Numbered from the stretch's first letter, positions 13,601 to 24,582 are shown. The stretch is 64,000 nt of DNA from Hamiltosporidium tvaerminnensis FI-OER-3-3 (GCA_022605425.2 CM061247.1:62001-126000); one strand, 5' to 3'. Translations and numbers: made by a program. The notes: generated by a model not told the origin, from the sequence alone.

Positions 13601-15939
13601 TTTACGTAAAACTTAATTTGTAAATACAATGTCTGGGAAAAATTAATCGTGAATATGGGTTATTCACATAGGGATTTATGCTTCTTATACCTGATTGTGT
13701 TATATCTGGAATGTGGTTGTGATAAACAACGTTATTTTTTAAACTACATTGTAAAATAGAAATTACGATGAATGGACATATAAATATTATTTTATTTCAT
13801 TCCTTTCGGATGTTTCTTCTATCATGGGGCTTTCAATGAGTAAGTTATATATTGTCTATTGACTTTGCACGAAAAGCTGCAAGCATTTATGATATAAATT
13901 ATATTTATATCAAGAAATTTACAACTCTTCATTAAAATCTTTATGATATTCTAAACATCATATTTTTTGACGTATGCTTAAGCCGTTTGGTTATATTGTG
14001 AAGCTTCATTCTGTTGCCTAAAGGTACACCATAGAAAGGCTCTGACTACAGCGCAACTACCTGTATACCAAACTTAAGGGAAAAGAACAAAAATGACCGC
14101 CAAAAGCGTTCAAATCAAAATACAAACACGAAATTCACTATTATATATCGGAAAAGCAGTTAAACATGTGCAAAAGGAAAAATATGAAGTCATATTTATC
14201 TAAATAATCATGAAAAAAACATATTTTAAAACGAGATTGCCCTCTAACCGCGCATACTTTTCGATATATTGTGCTTATTTGACTTATTTCATTAAAATCC
14301 TGAACAATTCTGATTTAATCCAGAACTTTATTAAAATAAATATATCAAAATATAAATTTGATATATCAATAGAATCTGAAAAACAACGAGCAAAAAAAAT
14401 AAACGTTATGGAGCAATAAGATATTTTTAAATTTTTTTTGTGTTAGGTGGGCTTCTGGTGCAATAAAAGCCTAATTTTAAATAAGCAAGGATTATATACA
14501 TACTAATAAAGATTTTCACATAAATAACCTTTTCTTTTATATTGATTTTGAGATGCTCTTTTGGATTTATAACCTATTTTAACTTTAATTGCAACGAAAA
14601 TAAAAATTTCAGGTTTACCATATGATAAAATATATATAAAGGAAACTTAGACAAATGATACTTGTAGCCGAAGTCTCTTGATAGCTACGAAGAAGTTGGA
14701 TTTTTAAAATACATGAAGCAATCGAAAATAGCAAATCTCACGCGGGTTAGTTGAGAAAACAGACGAATCTCTACTACTGGAATTCAAAACTCGTTCTATT
14801 GAATCTACTCAAGAAATTTATTTCATGTAGTAAATAAAGGGTAATTAAGTTAAACAACTATAATATGGGTAGATTGCGACAAGAAACGGCCCATATATTT
14901 GATATTATTAATACATGTGGATATGTATTTAGGATGTCCATAACAATTCTGATTTCTTAGAACATGACTTGTAGAGATTTCCACGATGTTAAATTGCGAA
15001 TTAAACATATGATTAGCTTTTAGGAACTTGGCAGGAGTAAATCAAATAAAATTTTAACTGAAACTCCTAAACAGCAAATTTCAGAATCCAAATAATCGAA
15101 TATATTTTTATCTAATAATAGAATAACTCTATAAAGGAAACGAATAAATGGAATATTTTACAAAGAAAAATTAAAAAAAAAGAGCTAGAGAATTTTAATC
15201 AAAAATGTAAATCACATTCAATTTGTATACGGCCAGAAATTATCAGCAATGGAAGTATTTCACATAAAATCTGCTTAACATAATTCAAAATCATACGAGG
15301 AATCACTCTCATATATTCAGAATAGAGATGTATTATACGTGCCAGGGAAAAAAATAATTGAATTTAAGACGATTATATTCAAAACAAATGCTAGGATACG
15401 TATATACTAGATATTAAAATGTGTTGGTTTGATTATTTTTCCATTGTTTTAAATATACACAAATCAAGTATAATTAGCAAATTAGAAGTCAATCCGTTCA
15501 TAAAAAAAACTTGAACTTAAATATTTTGAAATCTAATGCTACACCGTATTTATTTCGATTTCAAAATGCAAAACAATTATTCAAATGTATTTTTTTGTGC
15601 TGAGAAATTTTATATGAAACCACATATTGAAATTAGAATTATTTTTGCAAGACTTACTAAACTAGTTTACTTCTGAGAACTAGAGAGTAAGACCTTTCAT
15701 GCCTCAGCTAAATCTTAATGAAAGTTTGGTACCAAGATAATTTCTTGTATGATAACAGTTGATAATATTTTACGCAATATCATAATCTGTATTTTGAATA
15801 TCTTCAAGCACCAATAAAAATTTCAGCTCTATTTATGATATTTTACTTAAAAAAGACTGTCTAAAACAGGTTGTGGAACAAAAAGAGTGTTGGTTTCATA
15901 AATAAAGAGCAATGTATATTTATATATATTATTACTTCT

Positions 15940-16303
15940 ACAAAAGACTAGAAATACCCATCAATGCAGAAGCATACATTCAGTCTATAGTCGTAAGAAA
16001 ACAGTCGAAACAATTTCCTTTGATCGACGAAGAGGACTTGAGTCAGGACTAAATGCCGAAGAGAGCTGGGAGAGAGCGTCAATGGGTGTTATTATGAGAT
16101 CAGAGATGCATGAGGAACCAATACCCCCTTTAAAAGAAGCAAAAACAGAGGAAGATGGTGCAAAAAATTTTAAACCGAAATATAAAGCACCACTTATTTC
16201 ACAAGGAGGAACCACTTTAGAGGAACCGACCAATAACATAAATGAAGAGTCGGATTTGGAAGAAGAGACAAAAGTGGTTAAAGAGGTAGAAGAAAACATA
16301 TAA
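15940..16303 (+). mobile_element. 3' end of RLE-type non-LTR retrotransposon (least decayed copy)
   Basis: Reads LQKTRNTHQ/IPINAEAYIQSIVVRKTVETISFDRRRGLESGLNAEESWERASMGVIMRSEMHEEP..; DNA homologous to 23470-23640, which continues upstream into the endonuclease motif. Confidence 0.65.
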
Positions 16304-16762
16304 AAAATGTTAAAAATATTTTAACCCAGAATTATATTAAATAAATATTACTTCTACATAACGCTCGCAGGAGCTCATTTGATCTTTATTTCTAATTCAA
16401 AATAAGCCACAATCACGAAGAGTATCTTAAAAGGATTTAAACCTAAATAATTGGATGATGTAACAGAAATGCCTGGAAACGATGTAATAGTCCAAAATTT
16501 AGATGAATTGGTTATGGAAAGGGTTAAACCAAACAGGAAAATGCCTAAAAAAGATGGACAAATTAAAATGAAAACCACCTAATATATATTACACTTCATA
16601 TAAGGTTTAAAAAATAATCATATTATTTTAATAAATTTTTAGAATTAATAAATAGTGTGTCTTTAAGAATATAAACATGGGTATAATAAAATCTAAGAAT
16701 AAACTACATGTTGAGCTTTTAAGAATGCAAAATTTGAAGTATATTAATGCAATAAAAGTTTA

Positions 16763-17740
16763 TTATTTTGATGTATTTTGAATTTTTTCATAAAATAACA
16801 TGAATGGATATCCTTTTTTAAGTATGCTTTCTTTTTGCTCTTTTTTTAATTCTTTATTAGAACTATCATTAAATCTAACTAGGGTTCCATTTTTAGAAGC
16901 ATATGCGATATAATGACCAGAAGATAAAAAGTTTCCTCTGTGCTCTATAAAACCCACAAGGGTAAAATTTGTACCACTTAAAACGATTTTTTCTTCTATA
17001 AAAATCTTATCATTAATCTTTTGTAAATTATTATTGTATATCTTAATACAAATTGTAATAATTTGCGACTGATAATTTATTTGAGATTCTTTTTTGTGTA
17101 AACACGAAATTTTACACTTTTCACAATCTTTTTTAATATTTTCCGATGTTAATGTACTTTCATCTATGGCTGCTTGAACAGATTTAGCTTTTTCAACATA
17201 AAATATATTTCTTATTTCATCCCTATTATTTAAGTTTTGGCACTTTTGGCATGTAATTCTATAATAAAAATGTGAATAAAATAATGCAATAATTTTAGTT
17301 GTGTAAATAGATTGAAGAAAATTTTCCTTATCTAAATTTCCAATGATTCGGGTTTCGTCAAACATTTTATCGATTATAAAGACAAATAATTCACCTACAT
17401 CTTGTTGAGTGAGCATATTATCGGCATCACTTTTCTTTAGATTGTATAAAATATTTTTTAAGTGTGAAAACATATCTATCGGTTCTTTCGCTTTACTCAT
17501 ATAGGTTATTACCTTCCTCATATTAGAAGTTACACCATTTGAATCTTTGTTTTTCTCTTTTGTTATAAAATCGAAAAAACTTTGGCTATTATAAAGGCAC
17601 TGAAGTAATGAATTAAAATAGCATATATTTGTAGTATTTTCCAATTCTGGGTTTGCATTTTGATCTAATCTTGGTCGTTTCCTTGATTTTGAAGAAGAAA
17701 TTGTTTTATAAATTATAATTATCAGATATTCAAATCGCAT
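16763..17740 (-). CDS. Ubiquitin-specific protease (peptidase C19), paralog of 4262-5227
   Basis: Cys box LENTTNICYFNSLLQCL, QQDVGE, His box HRGNFLSSGHYIAY..FNDS; hydrophobic N-terminus followed by KSRKRPRL. Confidence 0.9.
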   Translation of the reverse strand: MRFEYLIIIIYKTISSSKSRKRPRLDQNANPELENTTNICYFNSLLQCLYNSQSFFDFITKEKNKDSNGVTSNMRKVITYMSKAKEPIDMFSHLKNILYNLKKSDADNMLTQQDVGELFVFIIDKMFDETRIIGNLDKENFLQSIYTTKIIALFYSHFYYRITCQKCQNLNNRDEIRNIFYVEKAKSVQAAIDESTLTSENIKKDCEKCKISCLHKKESQINYQSQIITICIKIYNNNLQKINDKIFIEEKIVLSGTNFTLVGFIEHRGNFLSSGHYIAYASKNGTLVRFNDSSNKELKKEQKESILKKGYPFMLFYEKIQNTSK

Positions 17741-18079
17741 TTTGAGGACTATTTTTCACCTTATTATATTTAAATCTTTTGAAAAAAAATAACTATTTTT
17801 ATACATTTACAGATTTTCTAGAATCTTAGCGCAAATTAAAAAAATATTAGCTAGATTTCAAAAAAATTATCCCTGAAATCAATTTTATCTGATTTGAAAT
17901 CAAAATTTAATAAAATTCTGGATTAAAATGGTTTTACGTCTGATTTGAAATAAAATCGGCTTTTAAAAAAGTTTTTATAAAATATATTTCTCTGAGTTTG
18001 ACATTTCTTAGAATAGTTTTAGTGTTCGATAAAAAATATAAATCTATTCAATTAAAAAAATATTTGCTATAAATAATTG

Positions 18080-18775
18080 TAGAGAAAGAATAAAACCAGT
18101 ATAAACTGCCTGCTCAGCAATAGGTATGTGAAACCGGTACGGAAATCTTTGTTTGACTTGTATTGCAATGAAAATAACATTATATTTTCGGTCGGTTGAT
18201 TCAAATTGATAAACGAATAAGATTGTTTAGAAAATAGTAAAATAGTATAACAATGAACTCTGTAGATTTTTGTGTATCTAGATTTGAAACAAGAATTCAA
18301 TTTGTAGGTAATTGTTATGTAAAAGCATGGAAACCTAGCCTTGCTCACTCGGTTTAGAAGACTTAGCACCTGGGAGATATAAAAAAAAGAACCATTAAAA
18401 ACCGGGAAAGATAAGTAGCAGGTTATACCTGTTGGTATGACATTGCACTGTCTAGGTAGACCCCATGTAAATCTCTGAAATATATTTTAGCTAGAAGTTT
18501 ATTGGGTTCGAAAAGTGTAGAGTAATTGGGAAGGCCGCATAGTTTTCGGGGGGCCCCGGGGACTTCGGCCTTCGATCACACTCCATGTAACGGACATTAA
18601 AGAACTCCGGGCAACTGCCTCGCCTATTAATTAGGTTCTGTACACCTGGTAGATGAAATGCTTTTGATATAGGAGGTACCGATTGATTTTTGAGGTAGCA
18701 GTTATTTATTTTAAACCTAGAACTGTGTTAATGCCATAAAAAAAATATAAAACTTGCCACTATTTTAAAAAGATG
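18080..18775 (+). repeat. Dispersed ~700-bp structured repeat family, copy C
   Basis: Strong similarity from 18300 onward to copies B/E; 5' third more diverged. Confidence 0.88.
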
Positions 18776-18840
18776 TGATACTTTTAAATTAATTAAATAA
18801 AATAATTAATTGTATGAATATAATCATTTACCTCGTGTAC

Positions 18841-18976
18841 TATTCTTTTCATCCACTTATATTTTTCATCCAAGTATTCTTTTCATCCACTTATTTTTTT
18901 TATCCAAGTATTCTTCTCATCCACTAATGTTTTTCATCCAAGTATTCTTTTCATCCATTTATTCTTTTCATCCAAT
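18841..18976. repeat. 17-bp minisatellite, ~8 units (TATTCTTTTCATCCA-CT/AG, 34-bp higher-order alternation)
   Basis: Directly visible tandem units. Confidence 0.9.
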
Positions 18977-19111
18977 ATTATCTTAAAGCATTTATGTTAT
19001 CCATCTAATAATTTCCTCTTTTTAAATATAACTCCTTACCAACAATAAATTCGTAGAACAAATAGAATATTCTAAAAAATTAATAACAAAAAATATTAAA
19101 ATATTCCTAAA

Positions 19112-19859
19112 ATGTTAGATACTTCAGAAATAAATATAATCCTTTCTTTACTAACACTTACTCTTCTAATCATAAGTATATATTTTTCTGTATTTATATT
19201 TGCTATTGATATACCAAATATTCTTCTTATTACTGATAATAGCACACTTATATTTTATTTTCTATGTTTATATAACATACCTCTTTTTATTTTAAGTGTT
19301 AATATCATTAGAGGTGTAAATGAAAGTGTTGGCAGAATATTTTTTGATTATATTAAATGGAATTTTAAAAGTAAAATAGTAAGTGTAAATGCAAGGGTAT
19401 AGTAGAATGGAAGGGGATGTTAATAACATAGGTGATTGTAAGGGTGTTAATTATAAGAGTTATACTTAAAGGGTGTTATTCACAGTTACTTATATTTAAA
19501 GGGTGTTAATATCTATATAGTATCTAACACCCTCTTATTTAATACTCCCTGTTAACACCCACTAACATTCATTACTACTCCATTCCTTAAATTCTACTAT
19601 ACCCTATAATTACTAATTTAAGTTATCATTTCTACTACTAATAGGTATATTAATATCCTTTACTTTGGGTATCTGTACATCTCTATATATTTTAAATACA
19701 ACTGATAGTACATTTAGAAATATAGCAATACTAGCAACTATATTTCTATTTACTATGTCTCTTATAAAAGTAAGTTTACTTTCTAATTAGTCTTTAATGG
19801 TTTTATGCATATTTTTTATTAAAAAAGAATTGTGTTTCTATGAAAAAGAAGAAATATAA
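19112..19859 (+). CDS. Spliced 160-aa multi-pass membrane protein (exons 19112-19378, 19623-19769, 19791-19859); possibly Vps68/TMEM50-like
   Basis: Both introns start GTAAGT and end CTAAT..AG, and both are phase 0. Splicing removes in-frame stops and gives ..WNFKSKI|LSFLLLIGILISFTLGICTSLYIL..MSLIK|SLMVLCIFFIKKELCFYEKEEI*. Family assignment is tentative (size and 4-TM pattern only). Confidence 0.65.
19379..19622 (+). other. Predicted 244-nt spliceosomal intron with inverted GGGTGTTAA/TAACACCC repeats
   Basis: GTAAGT at 19379, TACTAAT at 19611-19617, AG at 19621-19622; restores the reading frame. Confidence 0.6.
19770..19790 (+). other. Predicted 21-nt spliceosomal intron
   Basis: GTAAGTTTACTTTCTAATTAG; its terminal TAG is an in-frame stop if unspliced. 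Confidence 0.75.
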
Positions 19860-20000
19860 AAAAATAGAAATAGAAATTAAGATATAAAAAAATAGAAATA
19901 AAAGATAGAAATTGATGTTAAAATAGAAATAAAAAATAGAAATAAAAGATAGAAATTAAAAAAGAAATTAAAATAGAAATTAAAATAGAAATAAAATTCA
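19860..20000. repeat. AAATAG-type low-complexity repeat between convergent genes
   Basis: Repeated aaatagaaat/aaaagatag units. Confidence 0.75.
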
Positions 20001-20286
20001 ATTTGATATAAAAACTAAAATTTACATTAAAAGTAAAATAAAAAATAAATTGATATAAAACTAGAATTTATTTTGATATAAAATTTAAAATTGTGATTAT
20101 GATAGAAATGTAAAATAAATTCATATTATTATCGATATAGAAATAAAAATGATTTATAAAATAAAATTGTTTTAAAGAAATTTAATTTTATTAAAAACGG
20201 AATTTATTGTATTAAATCCTGTTCTTCGTTAAAAAAAATCATAAAAACACTAAAAATATTTTAAAATAAAAATAATTTAATTATTC

Positions 20287-21075
20287 CTATAAATCCTCAT
20301 TATTAGTAGTTCCTTCATACACCTCTTTACCCTCTCTTCCATATCTTCTTTCACTTTCTTCACCTTCATATACTTCTCCTCCAGAAGATCTATATTCTCT
20401 TGCACGTACAACACTACCAGTTACTTTAACACCATTTAAAATACGTAATCCCTTTTCTTTTTCTTCTGTATTCTTAAATTCAATAATACCATGTTTTCTA
20501 TTATTAGATACTCTGGTATATACAGGGTCCAATCCATATGACCTTGCTAAATCTTTTAAATCATAAATTGTTGTTTTAGGATTTATATCATCTAAAACAA
20601 TTTTATATTTATTGCCAGGATGTGAGTAATATCCATCAGAATTTGATCTGTAATTTTCCTTGTGGGGTGGATGACATCTGTCACACACATACCTATGGTC
20701 ATGTCTGTCATATCTGTCATGTTCATATCGGTCGTGTCTTCTTCCATCATACTCTCTCCTATTGTCATATTCTCTTCTACCATCGTATTCTCTTCTTCCG
20801 TCGTACTCTCTTCTTCCTTCATATTCTCTTCTTCCTTCGAATTCTCTTCTTCCTTCAAATTCTGCATTTGAATCACATGTTTCTACATGAATATAAAAGC
20901 CATTAATTATATGCTTTTCATTTAATACTTGTTTGGTAACTTCACTGTCTTCGTACTCTAAAAATCCGTACGTTTTTTTAAGTCGAATATCAGAAAGTCG
21001 TCCGAACTTGGTAAAGTGTTCTCGTATATCTTTATGACCTAATGTTGGTGAAAATCCTTTTATTTGAAGTTGCAT
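20287..21075 (-). CDS. SR-like splicing/RNA-binding protein with two RRMs (SRSF4/5/6- or Npl3-like)
   Basis: RRM1 with KKTYGFLEY; pseudo-RRM2 with TTIYDLKD (SWQDLKD-like); central (E/D)GRRE(F/Y) repeats. Confidence 0.8.
   Translation of the reverse strand: MQLQIKGFSPTLGHKDIREHFTKFGRLSDIRLKKTYGFLEYEDSEVTKQVLNEKHIINGFYIHVETCDSNAEFEGRREFEGRREYEGRREYDGRREYDGRREYDNRREYDGRRHDRYEHDRYDRHDHRYVCDRCHPPHKENYRSNSDGYYSHPGNKYKIVLDDINPKTTIYDLKDLARSYGLDPVYTRVSNNRKHGIIEFKNTEEKEKGLRILNGVKVTGSVVRAREYRSSGGEVYEGEESERRYGREGKEVYEGTTNNEDL
20746..20862 (-). repeat. 18-bp coding tandem repeat (EFEGRR/EYDGRR x6)
   Basis: Visible in both DNA and protein. Confidence 0.9.
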
Positions 21076-21648
21076 TTCTCTTTTCTTTTGTTTGATGGGG
21101 TATTTTATTTTTTAAATATATATTTTGAAAAATAATTTGAATATATTTGAAGAAGGGGTTGGAATAAATTTTATTTTTTCGGTTTTTTTTTCTTTATAAG
21201 AAAATAAAGGAATATAATTCGGTTTAAATTTCTTTTCCTTCTTTCTTTGTAGTTTTGATTCTATTTTTATAACTCAAAAAAAAAATTTTAATTCTTAGTT
21301 TGATTTTAGCGATTTGTATTTATTATAAATATTTTTATTATATTTTTTAGTTTTTTATTTATTTGTTTGTAGTTTATTTTTCTTAAGTCTTGTATTTAAT
21401 TTTCTGGTTAGTAAAAAAAATGGTTTTTCATTCATTTTTATTTTTTTTGAATTTTTTTTTATTTTTTTGAAATCAATTGTTCATTCTTAATTCTTAAATA
21501 ATAGTTTTCTATTCTTATTCATTCATGTACTTCTATAAAATTTATATTCAAATTATCATTATTATTTATTTCTATAATTCTATTCTTTTTCTCGTTCTTT
21601 ACTATTTAATTAAAGAACATCATACAATTAGTTACACGTATTGCCCCT

Positions 21649-22221
21649 ATGTTTACATACATAAAGGTATATAACTTAACAGGAGTATTGGTATGTTGTG
21701 GTGCATTGGTATTGACTGTTCTCTATTATTGGACAAAAAAAATAGATTTTCTCTTATATTTGGTATTTTGTCAGTGTTTTTTTATTTTAGAAATTTTGAA
21801 TATAAAAATGGGAAAAAGTAATTCAACAATTTTACCAACATTTCTTCAATTACTAAGTAGAATATTTATAATTGGTATAATTTGTTACTTAAACAAATTA
21901 TACAATAAAATGTTAATACTTATGTGTGTTTGTTGGTATATCTCTGATCTCATACGGTATCTTTTTTATCTGACTAGAAATTCTTTTATAAGAAAAGTAC
22001 GATATAATGCTTTTATTGTTCTTTATCCTGTTGGTACTTCTATAGAAATATACCTATGTAATGGTATTTACTTAAAATATTCCAATTCTTTTATCTCATA
22101 TTTGATGGGCGGTATTATTATGTGTTATGTGCCTGGTTTCATATTTTTGTATTACCATATGATTAGACAGAGAATTAGTTATTCTAAGAATGAAAAACGT
22201 GGTAAAAGAAAAGTTAAGTAA
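21649..22221 (+). CDS. PHS1: Very-long-chain 3-hydroxyacyl-CoA dehydratase (PTPLA/HACD)
   Basis: PTFLQLLSR, W..SDLIRYLFY, RYNAFIVLYPVG..E and LYYHMIRQR motifs; dilysine-like C-terminus; CCCC-T-ATG. Confidence 0.92.
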   Translation: MFTYIKVYNLTGVLVCCGALVLTVLYYWTKKIDFLLYLVFCQCFFILEILNIKMGKSNSTILPTFLQLLSRIFIIGIICYLNKLYNKMLILMCVCWYISDLIRYLFYLTRNSFIRKVRYNAFIVLYPVGTSIEIYLCNGIYLKYSNSFISYLMGGIIMCYVPGFIFLYYHMIRQRISYSKNEKRGKRKVK

Positions 22222-22587
22222 ACTGGTACTTTCTTATTTCTTATTTGTTCTATTTCTTTTATTTCTTATTACATATTTTTTTTATTTCTTATTCTTTTTT
22301 TTCTATTGCTCCTATTTTTTTACTATAGTTCTTATTGTTCTTGTTTCTTGTCTTTTCTATTTTTTATTTTCTATTTTCTATTTCTCTATTTTTTTTGTCT
22401 TTTTTATTTCTTATTTATTTCTTAATTTATTTCACTGCTTTTATGTTAGTTTAAAGTTTTTTCCAATTTTTTTTTGTATTCACTGTTTAATTCTTTCAAT
22501 TCGGTTAATTTATTCAATTACTAAATATATACATATTATATAATTTACTTTCTATACATAGTTCATATTTTTTTAGTTTCTTTATTA

Positions 22588-22854
22588 TTTATTCATTCAT
22601 CCTCAGCACCACAGCCCTGTAAGAACATTGGCCTCCCCAGTAATTCTACTCACGGGTTTCTTTCTTTAACCACGCCTGGTAGTTTTCGAATTTTCAGTCC
22701 GGATTAGTTTACTTTTTTTGGTTTTGTAACAAGGTGGTTTTAAAAAGTGGGTTTTTGGCCTTATGCCTAACCCGGAGGACCAGTCTCTTTTAGTCGCTTC
22801 TTATGACAAGCAGGAAATACTCCAAGCCAATTCTGCTTCCAGCATGCTGGCAAA
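22588..22854 (-). mobile_element. RTE-derived short internally deleted element (SINE-like), copy 1
   Basis: Reverse complement has 5' cctgcttgtcataagaagcgactaaaa, then ctggtcctccgggttaggcataaggcc, and 3' gaggccaa..gggctgt.. with an (ATGA)n tail; homologous to copies at 49521 and 62540. Confidence 0.8.
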
Positions 22855-23089
22855 TATCTATACTTTTTCAATTTATTGAACTGTTTGATTTGATTTATGC
22901 AAAATGAAAATTATTTTTTTATTTAAAACTTAAAATAATTAGAATAAGAATTGGAAGAGAAAGTTATAATAAATTGTGTAATTTATTTGCATAAAGCGAT
23001 TTTAATTGAAATAAAGAATTAATTAAATTACTTTTATTATTCAAAAAGGATGGTAAATATAATATACTTAATTAGTTACATTTCAAATT

Positions 23090-23830
23090 TTGTAGATACC
23101 CACACCTACTTCTTCTAAATAGATATAAATTTAAGTCTTCAAAACGAATTAGATGTCACGCATTGTTAGGAAATTCTTAAAAAGTTTCTGCTGAGAAAAA
23201 AGTGGACACCAGAATAAAAACTATTATTAAGCTTCGAATAAATGCATTAATATATTTATTTTAGATGTGCTTAGAATTAAGAGTACTTTCCTCGAACAGA
23301 AATTACTTTCTAATATTCACTTAAAGTAATTTAAATTGAAAATCATAGGAAATATAACATTTTAACCAATGAGTTAGGTCTTATTTATGAATGTGGTGCT
23401 TGGATAATTCTGTATTTCAAAACCCGAGATTGTATTGTGATAAAATACCATAAATCATACCTCAAAAGACTTTAAATACCCATAAATGTAGAAAAATATT
23501 AAAATCCACAATAATTAAGAAGACAGTCGAAACATTTTTTTTTCAACGAAGAAGGCTTGAGTCAGGACCAAATTCAGAAGGGGGTTGGATATTACGCCAA
23601 TGGGTGTTTAAAATGAAACAGAACGCACGAGGAAATAAACCTACTTTAAGAAGGCTAATAAGGAGAAGATAATGTTAAACAAGTAAAAACAAGAAATAAC
23701 GACTTTATTTTTTAGATTGAGGAAACGACAATAATTTGAGTATAGAGCCAGATTCAAAGAGAAAATTAAAAGGGGTAAAGAAATAAAAGAGAATACTAAA
23801 GATTCAAAATATTTTTTAAAAAAAGTTTTC
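23090..23830 (+). mobile_element. Decayed RLE-type non-LTR retrotransposon 3' fragment
   Basis: HLLLLNRYKFKSSKRIRCH..VDTRIKT..KYNILTNELGLIY..KYHKSYLKRL*IPINVE; frameshifted. Confidence 0.7.
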
Positions 23831-23871
23831 AACATAGTTAATGGTTTGCTGAAAAATATTTATCAAAAATA

Positions 23872-24087
23872 AAAAAGAACTGCTGAGTCACTCGACGGCT
23901 TAATCTCAGAACATCTCAACATATAGGGTTCTCGTTGCTACGTTGCCGTCCTCACGCGTTCCCCCTAACTTTAAAGTAGGTCATATATGGCTTACACCTT
24001 GTATGAACAACTATGTCGAGTTCCTAGAGACCGTTTTCACAGCTTGCACAGTTCCTGGCCGGATTTCTCCTGACAATATTGAGGGGC
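23872..24087 (-). ncRNA. Signal recognition particle RNA (7SL/SRP RNA), compact
   Basis: GC-rich island. Minus strand has helix 8 GCGUGAGG-ACG-GCAA-CGU-AGCAAC (SRP54-binding symmetric loop plus GNRA tetraloop), helix 6 UCAUA..GGU-GUAA-GCC..UAUGA, helix 5 pairings CUCGACAUA/UAUGUUGAG and AGGAACUG/CAGUUCUU, and ends in a T6 run. 5' end uncertain (24056-24087). Confidence 0.78.
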
Positions 24088-24404
24088 TGAAAATATTTAT
24101 TTTGAAAAACTAAAATTTGTATTCAATTATTGTGGTTTTAAAAAATGAATATTTTCTAATCGTTTCAACGTAACTGTAGTTCGAATGTAAAAATATAATT
24201 TTTTAAAATGACGGAAGTAAAAATAGAAAGAAAAAAATAAAATATTATAGAGTTGAGTTGAATGTATTTTGATTTTATTGTTTTTTTTTTTTTGATATCA
24301 CCCTTTTAGTTACAATACAATATTTTTAGACCCAGTAGTACTTTATTTATCCCTAACACATTGTGCTAGTCCTCTTCATTAAAATCCCTTTGTACTAGAA
24401 CCTT

Positions 24405-24582
24405 TCCTCTTTGTAATTAACACCCTCTTATTAGATTTTTGATATTTCATAGTAAATAGCACCCCTTTATTTATCAACCCCACTCTTTGTAATTAACACC
24501 CTCTTATTAGATTTTTGATATTTCATAGTAAATAGCACCCCTTTATCTCTTAACCCCACTCATTGTAATTAACACCCTCTTC
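24405..24582. repeat. 76-bp tandem duplication (~2.3 copies) within a TAACACCC-rich region
   Basis: ttgtaattaacaccctct at 24411, 24487 and 24563. Confidence 0.9.

Noticed and set aside
18841-18976. CRISPR-like array
   Set aside because: Contiguous tandem units with no unique spacers; eukaryotic context; no cas genes
20592-20906. Overlapping ORFs within the SR-like gene, and antisense ORFs within other genes (25018, 25820, 33451, 40681 etc.)
   Set aside because: Shadow frames kept open by repeats or codon bias
22190-22543. 117-aa Phe/Leu-rich ORF
   Set aside because: T-rich low-complexity 3' flank of PHS1; overlaps its end
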